Of a DNA stretch of 64,000 nt, positions 50,572 through 60,435 are shown one piece after another. Position 1 is the first letter of the stretch. Each line of letters begins with the position of its first letter. Location: the NCBI GenBank assembly GCA_965262715.1, contig OZ253553.1, positions 1,472,001-1,536,000 on the forward strand, written 5' to 3'. A program made the translations under genes and the position numbers. The notes beneath the pieces are model-generated. The model was not told the origin of the DNA, did not search any database, and saw only the letters and a program-made list of their open reading frames with translations. The DNA comes from Bdellovibrionales bacterium. GTDB taxonomy: Bacteria; Bdellovibrionota; Bdellovibrionia; Bdellovibrionales; JAUICD01.

Positions 50572-51942
50572 ATGAAGATATTAGTGACAGGTGCTACAGG
50601 GCTTATTGGTCGTCATATCTGCGAGCAGTTGTTATATTGTGGACACCAATTAACAGTTATTACTCGTTCTCAAGAGAAATACAATGAGATTGTTGGTTTA
50701 CCTGCCTGTATTTTAGAGCATGATCTTATGAAGGGACCTCTTAGGCCTTCTCCAATATTAGAATCTATAGATGCGATTATTCACTTAGCTGGAGAAAACA
50801 TTGCAGGATCCAGGTGGTCTGAAAAGTTTAAACAAAAGCTTTATGATTCAAGAGTCAAAACAACCCAGCATCTATTGGATTCTTTTATTCATCTTAAGCA
50901 AAAAAAGCTATCTTTAATCATCAGTGCATCAGGTATTGGTGTCTATAGTGCTTCTGATGAAAAATACAATGAACAAACTCCTACTGACAAAAACTCATCT
51001 TTTTTTTCTCGCCTCTGTCACGAGTGGGAAAAATATGTTGATGAAGGAGGAAGTAGGCTTTCAGCTCGTGTTATAAAAGTACGTCTAGGACCTGTCTTAG
51101 CTAGACAAGGCGGTATGTTAGCCCAAATAGAACCTTATGCCAGAGCAGGTATTTTAGGACGTATGCCAGGAAAAGACTTTTGGATCAGCTGGATACATAT
51201 CGAAGATGTAGTTAGAGGATTGATGTTTTGTATAGAAAATAGCCAAATCAACGGTGTGATTAACTTCACATCTCCAGAGCCTTGTTTGTATTCAGAGCTT
51301 ATACATGCTTTTAATCAAACTTTTAAGAAGAAAGATTTTCTATCTCCCCCAAAGTTTCTACTATCTATGTTACATGGAGAGATGATAAATGTTCTTACAA
51401 AAAGTCACCGTATTTTACCTCAAAGATTAATAGATCAAGGCTTTTCTTTTCATTTCCCAAAAGTGCAGCCTGTATTCACAGATTTGTATAAAGACTTTCT
51501 ATTACCATTGCGATATGAAGGTTCACAGTGGGTGCCAAAAGATAAAAATACTGTCTTTGATTTTTATTCTTCAGTTCAAAATATAGAGAAAATCACACCT
51601 CCTTGGCTCAAATTTCAAGTAAATACACCTTCTTTAAGAATAAAAGATAATTTAGAAATAGATTATAAAATAGGTATTTATGGATTAAATATCAAGGCCA
51701 AAACAAAAGTTGTGATATGCAAACCTCCTGATTTATTTGTAGATGAGGAAATTAAGGGATTATTTCATAAATGGAGACATTCACACAAATTTATATCTCT
51801 TGCTGGTGGCACATTGATTCAAGACTCTGTCAACTACCAGTTACCTTATGGATTAAGTTTGTTAGGTAGCCGTATTGCTAAAAATCATATCAAAAAAATG
51901 TTTGATCATCGTCATAAGATGATCTTCCGTCTGCTTAAATAA
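50572..51942 (+). CDS. TIGR01777/YfcH-like NAD-dependent epimerase fused to an SRPBCC domain
   Basis: ILVTGATGLIG, HLAGENIA..RW, SWIHIED; C-terminal ITPPW...FVDE..KG.F..WRH.H.F...D.V.Y.LP. Confidence 0.88.
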   Translation: MKILVTGATGLIGRHICEQLLYCGHQLTVITRSQEKYNEIVGLPACILEHDLMKGPLRPSPILESIDAIIHLAGENIAGSRWSEKFKQKLYDSRVKTTQHLLDSFIHLKQKKLSLIISASGIGVYSASDEKYNEQTPTDKNSSFFSRLCHEWEKYVDEGGSRLSARVIKVRLGPVLARQGGMLAQIEPYARAGILGRMPGKDFWISWIHIEDVVRGLMFCIENSQINGVINFTSPEPCLYSELIHAFNQTFKKKDFLSPPKFLLSMLHGEMINVLTKSHRILPQRLIDQGFSFHFPKVQPVFTDLYKDFLLPLRYEGSQWVPKDKNTVFDFYSSVQNIEKITPPWLKFQVNTPSLRIKDNLEIDYKIGIYGLNIKAKTKVVICKPPDLFVDEEIKGLFHKWRHSHKFISLAGGTLIQDSVNYQLPYGLSLLGSRIAKNHIKKMFDHRHKMIFRLLK

Positions 51943-52113
51943 ATTTTTATCAGAGAATATTAGAGATCAATATGATACCATCACACTCTATTAAACTGCT
52001 TACCAGATGCAAAAATGTTTAAATACTCTTGTGGCTTGGTACTCATATTACCTTGATAAAGTATTTGACAATTAATAAATAAGTATAAAAAATACTTCAT
52101 GTAAGAGGGTTTT

Positions 52114-52434
52114 ATGACAGCAGAAACATCACATCACATAACATCTTTTAAGACTTATGCTGTAGTGTATATTTCTCTCCTTGTACTTACAATCATTACA
52201 GTCGCAGTTTCAAGAGTTGACTTAGGTATGAGTTTTATGAATGTTATTGTTGCCATGCTCATTGCCTCTATTAAAGCTATGATTGTTGTTTTATGGTTTA
52301 TGCATCAAAAATATGAATCAACACTAAATAGAGTCACCTTCTTTTTAGCCTTCTTTTTCGTATTTATATTCTTTATTTTTAGCGCGATAGACGTCTTCAC
52401 AAGAGACTTTTTGATCAATACTTTTAAAAACTAG
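52114..52434 (+). CDS. coxD: Cytochrome c oxidase subunit IV family protein
   Basis: Y..V...LLVLTIITV, IASIKA..V..WFMH.KY. Confidence 0.88.
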   Translation: MTAETSHHITSFKTYAVVYISLLVLTIITVAVSRVDLGMSFMNVIVAMLIASIKAMIVVLWFMHQKYESTLNRVTFFLAFFFVFIFFIFSAIDVFTRDFLINTFKN

Positions 52435-52541
52435 CTTCAGATTTAATTTTTACAAAGCCTCAAAAGGTCATTGCCAAAAGTTCACATCATTTGACCTTCA
52501 TTTAAAACCAATGTTAAAAAAATAAGAGAAAGGAATTATAG

Positions 52542-54685
52542 ATGTCCTACAGATTTTATATTCTAGCCACTATAGCTGTATGGCTACAACCTTTCTATTT
52601 GCAAGGGCAAATTAGGCAGCATTCCAATCCAGATTATTTAGAAATTCTCCTTGGAAATAAAGATGTACCTCTTTTTGTTTTAGGACAAGAAATCCTATCC
52701 TCTCAAGATGTGCAAGCATGTTCCTTAGAAGATGTAAATCAACTCAACACTTTTCAACCTAATGTTCTGCATCAAAACCAAACAAAAAAACAGCCAACAA
52801 CACCATCAAGACAAAGATTTGAAAATCTTTTATTAGGTTTCCACTAAAAGCCTTAAACAAGCCTATGGCCATAGGTGCTTCTGTTATTGATTTTTCAGAC
52901 AATGACAACCCCTATTTTCAAACTCCTCTTTTTAAAGAAATGATGGGAAGATACAAACTTTCAGTCCTCTCAACAATAGAGATTCGATCCAAAATTATAT
53001 CCTCTAGTGATGGAGGATGCCTGTTAGTTTTTGTTTACTGTCCAGAAAGATTCAACTGTTCTCATTATATTATATCACAGGCCTCTGTTCTTGGCTTATC
53101 TGTAAAACATCAAGCACTGATTATTGATCCCAATGAAATTGGAATTCATTTAAAAGACGATATTTATTCAATAAGACCTTACTCAACCACTTTTTTTCCC
53201 TCAACACTATATTTAACTTCAAAAGACCATAAAACTTATCTCATTGACTTTGATGAATCCACTTTGATTTTTGATGTGGTTGCAACAAGTGGATGGCGAG
53301 GTCCTGATCCTCGTCCAGAGGTTACAACACGCTGGTTTTTAAAATTCAATCTTGTAGAGTCAGAAAAAGGCTTTCAAAGCAGACCCCCAACAGAAGGTAT
53401 TGGATACCTACTAAATATTCCAAGATTTCAGCAAGCTAGATCAAACATTCCTTTACGGATACTTCGACAGAGAATATTTAAAGATGGCAAGATAAGACCT
53501 ATCAAATATTATGTGAAAAATTTCCCATTAGAATTCCAGGAAAGTGTACAGAGAGGCTTTGAATATTGGAGGTCTTTTTTTACCTCTTTTATAGGTCATC
53601 CTCTTCTATTCTATGATTTTATTCAAGGAGATTTTGATGGACAACAAGAGATTATAGCAGGAGATATACGATTTAATGTACTGGAATGGGTTTTCTTTAA
53701 ACAAAACTATGAGGGATCTAACAATTATATTCACAATCGCTATACAGGTGAAATTTGGTCATCCAATATTATCATTCCAGGACATCAGTTAGTAGAATTG
53801 CATCAAAAATGGTTTGAATACAGTCAATTTGTAAGAACTCTTATGTCGACACCTATTTCAGAACTTACAAACTCGACTATTCCTCTCAGAAGTTTATTTG
53901 GAGAATCTTTCCAAGCACCTTATAATGAAAAAAGACCTTTATATAGAAATATTCATCTGCCTTTATCTCCACCCAAAGAAACTTTTAACAGCTATATGTC
54001 AGGTTCTATTAAAAACTTGGTGGCTCATGAAGTAGGGCACAGCCTAGGATTAGGCCATAACACCAAAGCAAGCCTTTTTGCAAAAGGGATTTACGCAGGA
54101 AATTCACAAATGGATGATTTTATGGCACAAGATAACCACAAACCTATTTCAGGTGAATATGATAGAATGGCACTAGCTTATGGCTATTTAGGGACCCCGC
54201 CAGAAAGGACAGATATGTTTTGTGACCTAAGCAACCCATCACCTGAATGTCAAGCAGATGATCAAGGTGCTCACCCACTTCAAAATGCAGGAGCGCAATT
54301 ACAACAAATTATCCACCTGCTCACAACTAGAAGTCATCCTCAATCCCCTCCCTATCTAAGATGGAATATAGAGGTTCAAGATCGTTTCCAAGACGAGTTA
54401 AATATTATTTTATCATTTTATCTCTCAGCAGACACTCATTACGATCAGCTTCAAAGTGTTTTAATAGATGGTCGCAAACCAAGAAATCCACAAGAAGTCA
54501 AAGATTTAGTTAGAGATGTTTTATCTGATACTTTTTGTGATCTAGGGCCTAACAATGCCTTAAATTTAAAAGGAACTTATCAATATTCCAACCCTTATGA
54601 TCGTCAACTTCAAAATAATGTAAGGTCTTTTTTTCAATGGTCTCTTCAGTCTATTAGACGTTACATAAAAGACTTTCGATGTTAA
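52542..54685 (+). pseudogene. Exported zinc metalloprotease (Met-zincin/EcxA-like) split by an apparent 1-bp frameshift near 52840
   Basis: ORF 52542-52847 carries the signal peptide; ORF 52865-54685 has GDIRFN, AHEVGHSLGLGHN..AS, SQMD, YD..A..YGY. Adding one base at GGTTTCCA joins LLLGF-PLKALNKPMAIG. Confidence 0.65.
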
Positions 54686-54824
54686 AAATTACAATGTTAG
54701 AAGCTATTTCAAAAATATTTTTGTCAATAGTTAAAAAACTAGCTTTAAAGAATTATTTTTAAGATAGTAGAAGCATCTCACGCATTATTCATATTTATTT
54801 CTTTAAAAACACAGTTTTTATATT

Positions 54825-55742
54825 TTACAATAAAAGTTCAGATGCTTTTGAAAGGGACAATTCATCCTTTTTTTCTGATTCTGATAGCACTTCTCTTATC
54901 TCTTGATATTCTATTTCTTTAGATTGCAACCTGATTTTTAAGCGATCTCTTTCTTTTTGAACTTTTTCTAATTCAGCTTGATATGTCTTCAGCTGAGAGG
55001 CTTGAGTTTCTAACTGAATAATTTTTGCATCTTTCTCTTGAATTTGTTTTTGATGATGCGCCACTGTGTCTAAAGTGTGTTTAAGCTTACCAGAAAATTC
55101 TTCATGGAGTGATTTTACACTCTGCTTACATGATTGGACTTGACTTTGACTTAAAGAAAGCTGTTTGTAAGCTTCCATCTTTTGAGATTCTATGTCTGAT
55201 ATTTTTTGTTTTTGCATTTGTGATTTCTCATTTAAGTCTTTCCAAGACTTATGAAGCTCTGTGTATCTTTTTTCATGGTAATCTACAAGGGAGATGAGAT
55301 CTTCTTGGGATTGTGTTCGCAGATTTGTAGAAAGACCTTTAAAGTGTTCTATTTGTTTTTGATAATATTTAAGATTTTCTTTTTCTTTTAAATAAATTTG
55401 ATATAGGGAAGCATATTTTTTTTCTGATTCTATAAGTTTAGCTGACATTTTTTTTAATTGAGAATGAACCTGATTTTGATTAGAACGCAAAATTTGTATT
55501 TCATCATCTAGAACACCTAGTTTTTCTTTTCTTTGATGATTGTTTCTTTCAGAGAAGTTCAATCTAGCTTCTAGATGAGCTGTTCGTTTTAAAGCTAATG
55601 ACAACCGGTTCATTAAATCTGTATTTTGAACAACAGCCATTTCAACAGCTTGAGAACCATCCATTTTATCTAAAGACTCCGGTATAAGTTTGGGTGGCAA
55701 CTCATTTGGAAGAGGGATATCTTTTGTTGTATTTCCTGTCAC
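54825..55742 (-). CDS. Coiled-coil hypothetical protein
   Basis: Heptad-rich Q/E/K/L composition throughout; QNTDLMNRL motif near the N-terminus. Confidence 0.7.
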   Translation of the reverse strand: MTGNTTKDIPLPNELPPKLIPESLDKMDGSQAVEMAVVQNTDLMNRLSLALKRTAHLEARLNFSERNNHQRKEKLGVLDDEIQILRSNQNQVHSQLKKMSAKLIESEKKYASLYQIYLKEKENLKYYQKQIEHFKGLSTNLRTQSQEDLISLVDYHEKRYTELHKSWKDLNEKSQMQKQKISDIESQKMEAYKQLSLSQSQVQSCKQSVKSLHEEFSGKLKHTLDTVAHHQKQIQEKDAKIIQLETQASQLKTYQAELEKVQKERDRLKIRLQSKEIEYQEIREVLSESEKKDELSLSKASELLL

Positions 55743-55930
55743 TATTTACTTTCTCCCTTTATTTCATTATTTCTTGTTTTATCACACCTGGTCAAATCTC
55801 TTATCCTAAGATTTTAACAACTTAAAAGATTTAAGATCTTGCGCTTCTTTAATATATATTGTAATGATTAGCTCTCTTTATGGAATTTATAAGAATAAAT
55901 ATGAAATAATTGTTAGAATAGGAGGTTCAT

Positions 55931-57010
55931 TTGGAGATTTTTAAGGTCATTGAAAAATATGGAGAGCATGAACAGATAGTCTTTTGTCGTAATAAAGAGG
56001 CAAATTTAAAAGCAATTATAGCAATCCATAGTACAGCATTAGGTCCAGCTTTAGGGGGTACCCGTATGTGGAACTATGACTGTGAAGAAGATGCCCTTAT
56101 TGACGCTCTTCGTCTTTCAAAAGGTATGACTTATAAGGCAGCAGCTTTAGGGTTAAATATAGGAGGAGGAAAAGCTGTTATTATTGGCGATTCCAAAACA
56201 ATGAAATCTGAAGCTCTTTTTCGCGCTTTTGGCCAATACGTGAACAGTCTAGATGGTCGTTATATCACTGCAGAAGACGTCGGGATATGTGTTGAAGATA
56301 TGGAATATGTGGCTATGGAAACACCTTGGGTGACAGGTACAGCAAAGGAATTGGGTGGCTCTGGAGACCCTAGCCTTCACACAGCCTCTGGCGTGCTTTT
56401 TGGTATAAAAGCTGCCATTCAACATAAGTATAAAGCAGAAAGCTTAGAAGGAATGACCATTGCCATTCAAGGCCTGGGTCATGTGGGCGCAAATTTGGCT
56501 CTTCAGCTTTATAAAAGCGGGGCAAAGTTGATTCTAGCGGATATTGATACTGCTCAAGTGAAAAAGGTTGCAAAAAGGACTCAAGCTCAAATTATAGACC
56601 CTCAGGAAATTCTCTTTGCAGATTGTGACGTTTTGGCTCCTTGTGCTTTAGGTGGAATTCTTAATGAAGAAACTATACCAAAGTTAAAGACAAAGGTGAT
56701 TGCGGGAGCAGCTAACAACCAATTAACCCATGAAAAGGATGGACAGTTGCTCTATGATAGAGGTATTTTGTATGCTCCTGATTATGTGATCAATGCAGGA
56801 GGCTTGATCAGTTGTACTGCAGAATATGAAGGATACTCTGCTGAAAAATCTAAAACCTATCTTAAGAAAATCTACAATAATTTATTACATATTTTTCAAA
56901 TATCAGAGGAACAAAAAATAGCCTGTAACTTAGCTGTTAATAAGGTTGCTGAAGACCGTATAAAAAGCATAAGAAACCTCAACCATTTTTATAAAGATTC
57001 AACACTTTAG
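55931..57010 (+). CDS. Glu/Leu/Phe/Val dehydrogenase (leucine dehydrogenase-like)
   Basis: HST.LGPALGGTRM, GMTYK, GGGKAVI, TAEDVG, QGLGHVG, GAANNQL, PDYVINAGG. Confidence 0.95.
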   Translation: MEIFKVIEKYGEHEQIVFCRNKEANLKAIIAIHSTALGPALGGTRMWNYDCEEDALIDALRLSKGMTYKAAALGLNIGGGKAVIIGDSKTMKSEALFRAFGQYVNSLDGRYITAEDVGICVEDMEYVAMETPWVTGTAKELGGSGDPSLHTASGVLFGIKAAIQHKYKAESLEGMTIAIQGLGHVGANLALQLYKSGAKLILADIDTAQVKKVAKRTQAQIIDPQEILFADCDVLAPCALGGILNEETIPKLKTKVIAGAANNQLTHEKDGQLLYDRGILYAPDYVINAGGLISCTAEYEGYSAEKSKTYLKKIYNNLLHIFQISEEQKIACNLAVNKVAEDRIKSIRNLNHFYKDSTL

Positions 57011-57198
57011 ATGATGAACTTTTATTGTAGGTATTGTTCTAAGAAGACTCTTACTTGCATAAAAGCCATTTTTATGTTTATGTATATGAAGGCTGAAAAA
57101 TAACAAACTAAGTTATATAGAATGTGTTTAATTCAATTCTTGAAAATATTTAAAATTAAGTATAATTAAGTATAGAAGTCTAGGGGAGATATTTTGTT

Positions 57199-57396
57199 AT
57201 GCCAAAAGCTAAAAGTCATTCAGGTGCTTCCAAGAGATTTAGCCTATTAAAGAGCGGAAAAATTAAACGTAAGCAGAAAGGCAAACGTCATATTCTTTCT
57301 AAGAGATCTTCTAAACTCAAACGTCAACTCACACGTACAAAATATATCCATGCTTCTGATATGGATCGTGTCTCTCGTATGTTAAGAGGTGCTTAA
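57199..57396 (+). CDS. rpmI: 50S ribosomal protein L35
   Basis: MPK.KSHSGASKRF...SGKIKR...GKRHIL. Confidence 0.96.
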   Translation: MPKAKSHSGASKRFSLLKSGKIKRKQKGKRHILSKRSSKLKRQLTRTKYIHASDMDRVSRMLRGA

Positions 57397-57741
57397 ATGA
57401 GGGTAAAAACGGGAATCACTCGAAGAAAACGCCATAAAAAAATTCTTAACCGAGCAAGTGGTTATTACAGTGCCAATAGCCGGTCTTATAAGATTGCTGT
57501 AGAGAAAAACGATCGCGCGCTTGCTTATGCCTACAGAGATCGTAAAACCAAAAAACGGAACATGAGATCCTTATGGATTCTTCGTATTTCAGCTGCCGCA
57601 AAGAACAATTCAATAAGCTACTCAAAATTAATGCACCGTTTAAAATTATCTTCTATAGCTTTAGACCGCAAGTCATTAGCAGATATAGCAGCAAGAGACC
57701 CAAAGGCTTTTTCTCTCTTAGTTCAAAAGGTTATGACTTGA
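57397..57741 (+). CDS. rplT: 50S ribosomal protein L20
   Basis: MRVKTG..RRKRHKKIL, YAYRDRK.KKR.MR.LWI.RI.AA, LDRK.LAD.A. Confidence 0.97.
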   Translation: MRVKTGITRRKRHKKILNRASGYYSANSRSYKIAVEKNDRALAYAYRDRKTKKRNMRSLWILRISAAAKNNSISYSKLMHRLKLSSIALDRKSLADIAARDPKAFSLLVQKVMT

Positions 57742-57742
57742 A

Positions 57743-58801
57743 GTGAATGATGGATCTGACACATCCTTTCTTAAGTTTGAACAGCGTAAATCTCAACACA
57801 TTCAGCTTGCCTTAGAATCTAAGAACCAAGCTATTGGACTTTCAGATTTCGATAAGATCACTCTTCCGCACAATGCTCTTCCTGATATAGACTTTCAAGA
57901 TATCTCTTTAGAAACCTCTATTTTAGGAGAAATAAGACCTACACCTTTTTATATTTCTGGTATGACAGCTGGTCATAAAGATGCTAATAGCTTAAACCAA
58001 GTTTTTGCAGAGGCTTGTAGAAAAAAAGGTTGGATTTTAGGTGTGGGCAGTCAACGTCGTCAGCTTTCAGATCCAGCAGCTCATAAGGAATGGGAACATT
58101 TAAAAGATTCATCTAACAATCTGACTTTGCTCGCAAATATTGGCATTACTCAACTCATCCCTCTTGTAATAACAGACCAAATATCCAAACTTTTAAATTT
58201 AGTTGAGAGTTTAAATGCTAAGGCTCTTGTCATACATACCAACCCTCTTCAAGAGGTTTTGCAGCCCGAGGGGACCCCTTATTTTAAGAAGGGTTTGGAA
58301 GCTATCAAAACACTATGTGAAAAAGTATCTGTACCTATCATTCTTAAAGAGACAGGTTGTGGATTTGCAAGACACACTTTAGAAAAACTCAAAGGCATTG
58401 GTCTGGCAGCAGTGGATATTAGTGGTCTTGGCGGCACTCACTGGGGCCGTATTGAGGGACACCGCTGTCCTAAAGATTCTTTGCATTTTAGGGCTGCTCA
58501 GACTTTCTCTTCATGGGGACATTCAACGGTGGCATCTATCCATTGTGCAAATCTTATCCAACCAGATTATGAAATTTGGGCCTCAGGAGGTGTCAGATCA
58601 GGTCTTGATGCTGCCAAGTCTCTTGCACTTGGAGCAGATGCTGTAGGATTTGCTATGCCAGCACTTCAAAAAGCTCTTTTAGGAGTAGAGTTCTTGATAG
58701 ATTGGATGTCTCAAATAGAATATGAGTTAAAGATTGCCTTATTTTGTTTGGGTTTGTTAAAGATTAAGAATATAAAGGGTATAAAAAATGATCTGTCTTG
58801 A
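57743..58801 (+). CDS. fni: Type 2 isopentenyl-diphosphate delta-isomerase (FMN-dependent)
   Basis: RKSQHI, H.ALP, SGMTAG, GVGSQR, HTNPLQEVLQPEG, KETGCG, GGTHW, SGGVRSG. Confidence 0.95.
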   Translation: MNDGSDTSFLKFEQRKSQHIQLALESKNQAIGLSDFDKITLPHNALPDIDFQDISLETSILGEIRPTPFYISGMTAGHKDANSLNQVFAEACRKKGWILGVGSQRRQLSDPAAHKEWEHLKDSSNNLTLLANIGITQLIPLVITDQISKLLNLVESLNAKALVIHTNPLQEVLQPEGTPYFKKGLEAIKTLCEKVSVPIILKETGCGFARHTLEKLKGIGLAAVDISGLGGTHWGRIEGHRCPKDSLHFRAAQTFSSWGHSTVASIHCANLIQPDYEIWASGGVRSGLDAAKSLALGADAVGFAMPALQKALLGVEFLIDWMSQIEYELKIALFCLGLLKIKNIKGIKNDLS

Positions 58802-60116
58802 AGAAATAAAAGGATTTTCTAAACTCACACGCAAGGAAAGATATCAAAAGCTTTTAGACTGGAAACTTCTATCACCTGATGATATCAAACATTTAAAACA
58901 AGATTCACCTGTATCTTCTGATCTTGCTGAATACCTTATTGAGAATGTCATAGGTTTCTTTCAAATACCATTGGGAATTGTTCCTTATTTTGTTATTGAC
59001 GGCAGGTCTTACGTTGTCCCTATGGCTGTAGAGGAAACATCTATCATTGCAGCAGCCAGTAAGACGGCTAAATGGGTTAGAGAAAATGGTTTCATCACTA
59101 CAAAGTGTATAGGACAAGGAGCTATTGGCCAAATACAAATTGCAAAAGTGACTAATATTGATCATCTTCAAAAAGCCATAAAAAAACATAAGAATATCAT
59201 TCTGAAAAAAGCCAACCAATTGGCCTTACGTTTATGGCAGAGAGGTGGCGGCTTTTACGATGTCACTCTACGCACAATTCCTAGAGATCGGGATGGCAAG
59301 CAGATGGGAGTGATTCATCTTTATGTGAATACAAAAGATGCAATGGGCGCAAACATTATCAATCAAGTGTGTGAAGGATTAAAGGACTATATAGAAGAAA
59401 TCACAAATGAAAAAGTTACAATGTGTATTGTCTCTAATTTATCAGATACTAAATGTATTGAAGCCACAGTCACTTTAGAAAAAATCGATCCTGATTTAGG
59501 CTACAAGATAGAAGAAGCTTCTTATTTTGCACAGATGGATCCTTATAGGGCAGCTACAAATAATAAAGGAGTTTTAAATGGAATAGATCCCGTATTAGTT
59601 GCAACGGGTAATGATTGGAGGGCTGTAGAAGCAGGTGTGCATGCTTATGCTCATCGAGATGGCCGTTACACTTCTATCACAGAGTGGAAAATGCAATCAG
59701 GATGTTTAAAAGGTATTTTAAAAATTCCTATGTCTATTGGGATTATTGGAGGAGTGACTCGCCTGCATCCAACTGCACAGTTGTGTTTAAAGATGTTAAA
59801 AGTTACTTCTGCCGGGGAGCTTGCTCGTGTCGTGACAGCAGTTGGTTTAGTGCAAAACTTAGGAGCCTTAAGAGCCTTATCTACTGTGGGTGTGGTAAAA
59901 GGTCATATGAACCTCCATATTGCTAACTTGGCCATGACAGCAGGAGCGACAGAAAGTGAGCTTCCTACTGTCCAAAGACAATTGCAACATCAACTTTATC
60001 ATCAAAAAAAAATTTCCGTCTCTGAAGTAGAATCTATTTTAAAGACCCTAAGAACCTACAATCAGCAAAAGATGCAAAATCAACAAACCTCAAAAGTAGA
60101 AACTTCTTTAAGATAA
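58788..60116 (+). CDS. mvaA: Class II HMG-CoA reductase
   Basis: ENVIG, PMAVEETSIIAA, DAMGAN, RAATNNKG..NGID, GNDWRAVEAG, KGHMNLH. Confidence 0.95.
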   Translation: MICLEEIKGFSKLTRKERYQKLLDWKLLSPDDIKHLKQDSPVSSDLAEYLIENVIGFFQIPLGIVPYFVIDGRSYVVPMAVEETSIIAAASKTAKWVRENGFITTKCIGQGAIGQIQIAKVTNIDHLQKAIKKHKNIILKKANQLALRLWQRGGGFYDVTLRTIPRDRDGKQMGVIHLYVNTKDAMGANIINQVCEGLKDYIEEITNEKVTMCIVSNLSDTKCIEATVTLEKIDPDLGYKIEEASYFAQMDPYRAATNNKGVLNGIDPVLVATGNDWRAVEAGVHAYAHRDGRYTSITEWKMQSGCLKGILKIPMSIGIIGGVTRLHPTAQLCLKMLKVTSAGELARVVTAVGLVQNLGALRALSTVGVVKGHMNLHIANLAMTAGATESELPTVQRQLQHQLYHQKKISVSEVESILKTLRTYNQQKMQNQQTSKVETSLR

Positions 60117-60145
60117 GTCATTCATTCTTGACCTTTTCTGACTAG

Positions 60146-60162
60146 TACTACATTGGCAAGTT
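60146..60162. repeat. Isolated IS-like terminus TACTACATTGGCAAGTT with YTAR flank (also 17266-17282; inverted at 15315-15331 and 29359-29373)
   Basis: Four copies, each with CTAG or CTAA immediately outside the motif. Confidence 0.6.
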
Positions 60163-60380
60163 AATTAGGAACTTATCTGACAAAATGAGTTTTGCACTTT
60201 ATAATTTTTCGATGCTGAACACAATGTTTATATAAGATTTTCTTATAATAAACCAGGTCTAAAAAGGGATAATTACAAGGTGTTTTAATGCAATTTGACT
60301 TAACTATTTTGATAACGAAAAGACCTCTCAACTAGTTATGAACCAAAAATATTAAGTAACAATCTTACTTAAAAAATAAA

Positions 60381-60405
60381 CGTAACTTCAAATCGCAAGT
60401 GCAAC
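60381..60405. mobile_element. Solo IS30-family terminal inverted repeat
   Basis: CGTAACTTCAAATCGCAAGTGCAAC is identical to 10449-10473 and 8192-8216. Confidence 0.75.
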
Positions 60406-60435
60406 AAGGCCATGGAAATATAAAAAATAACACTG

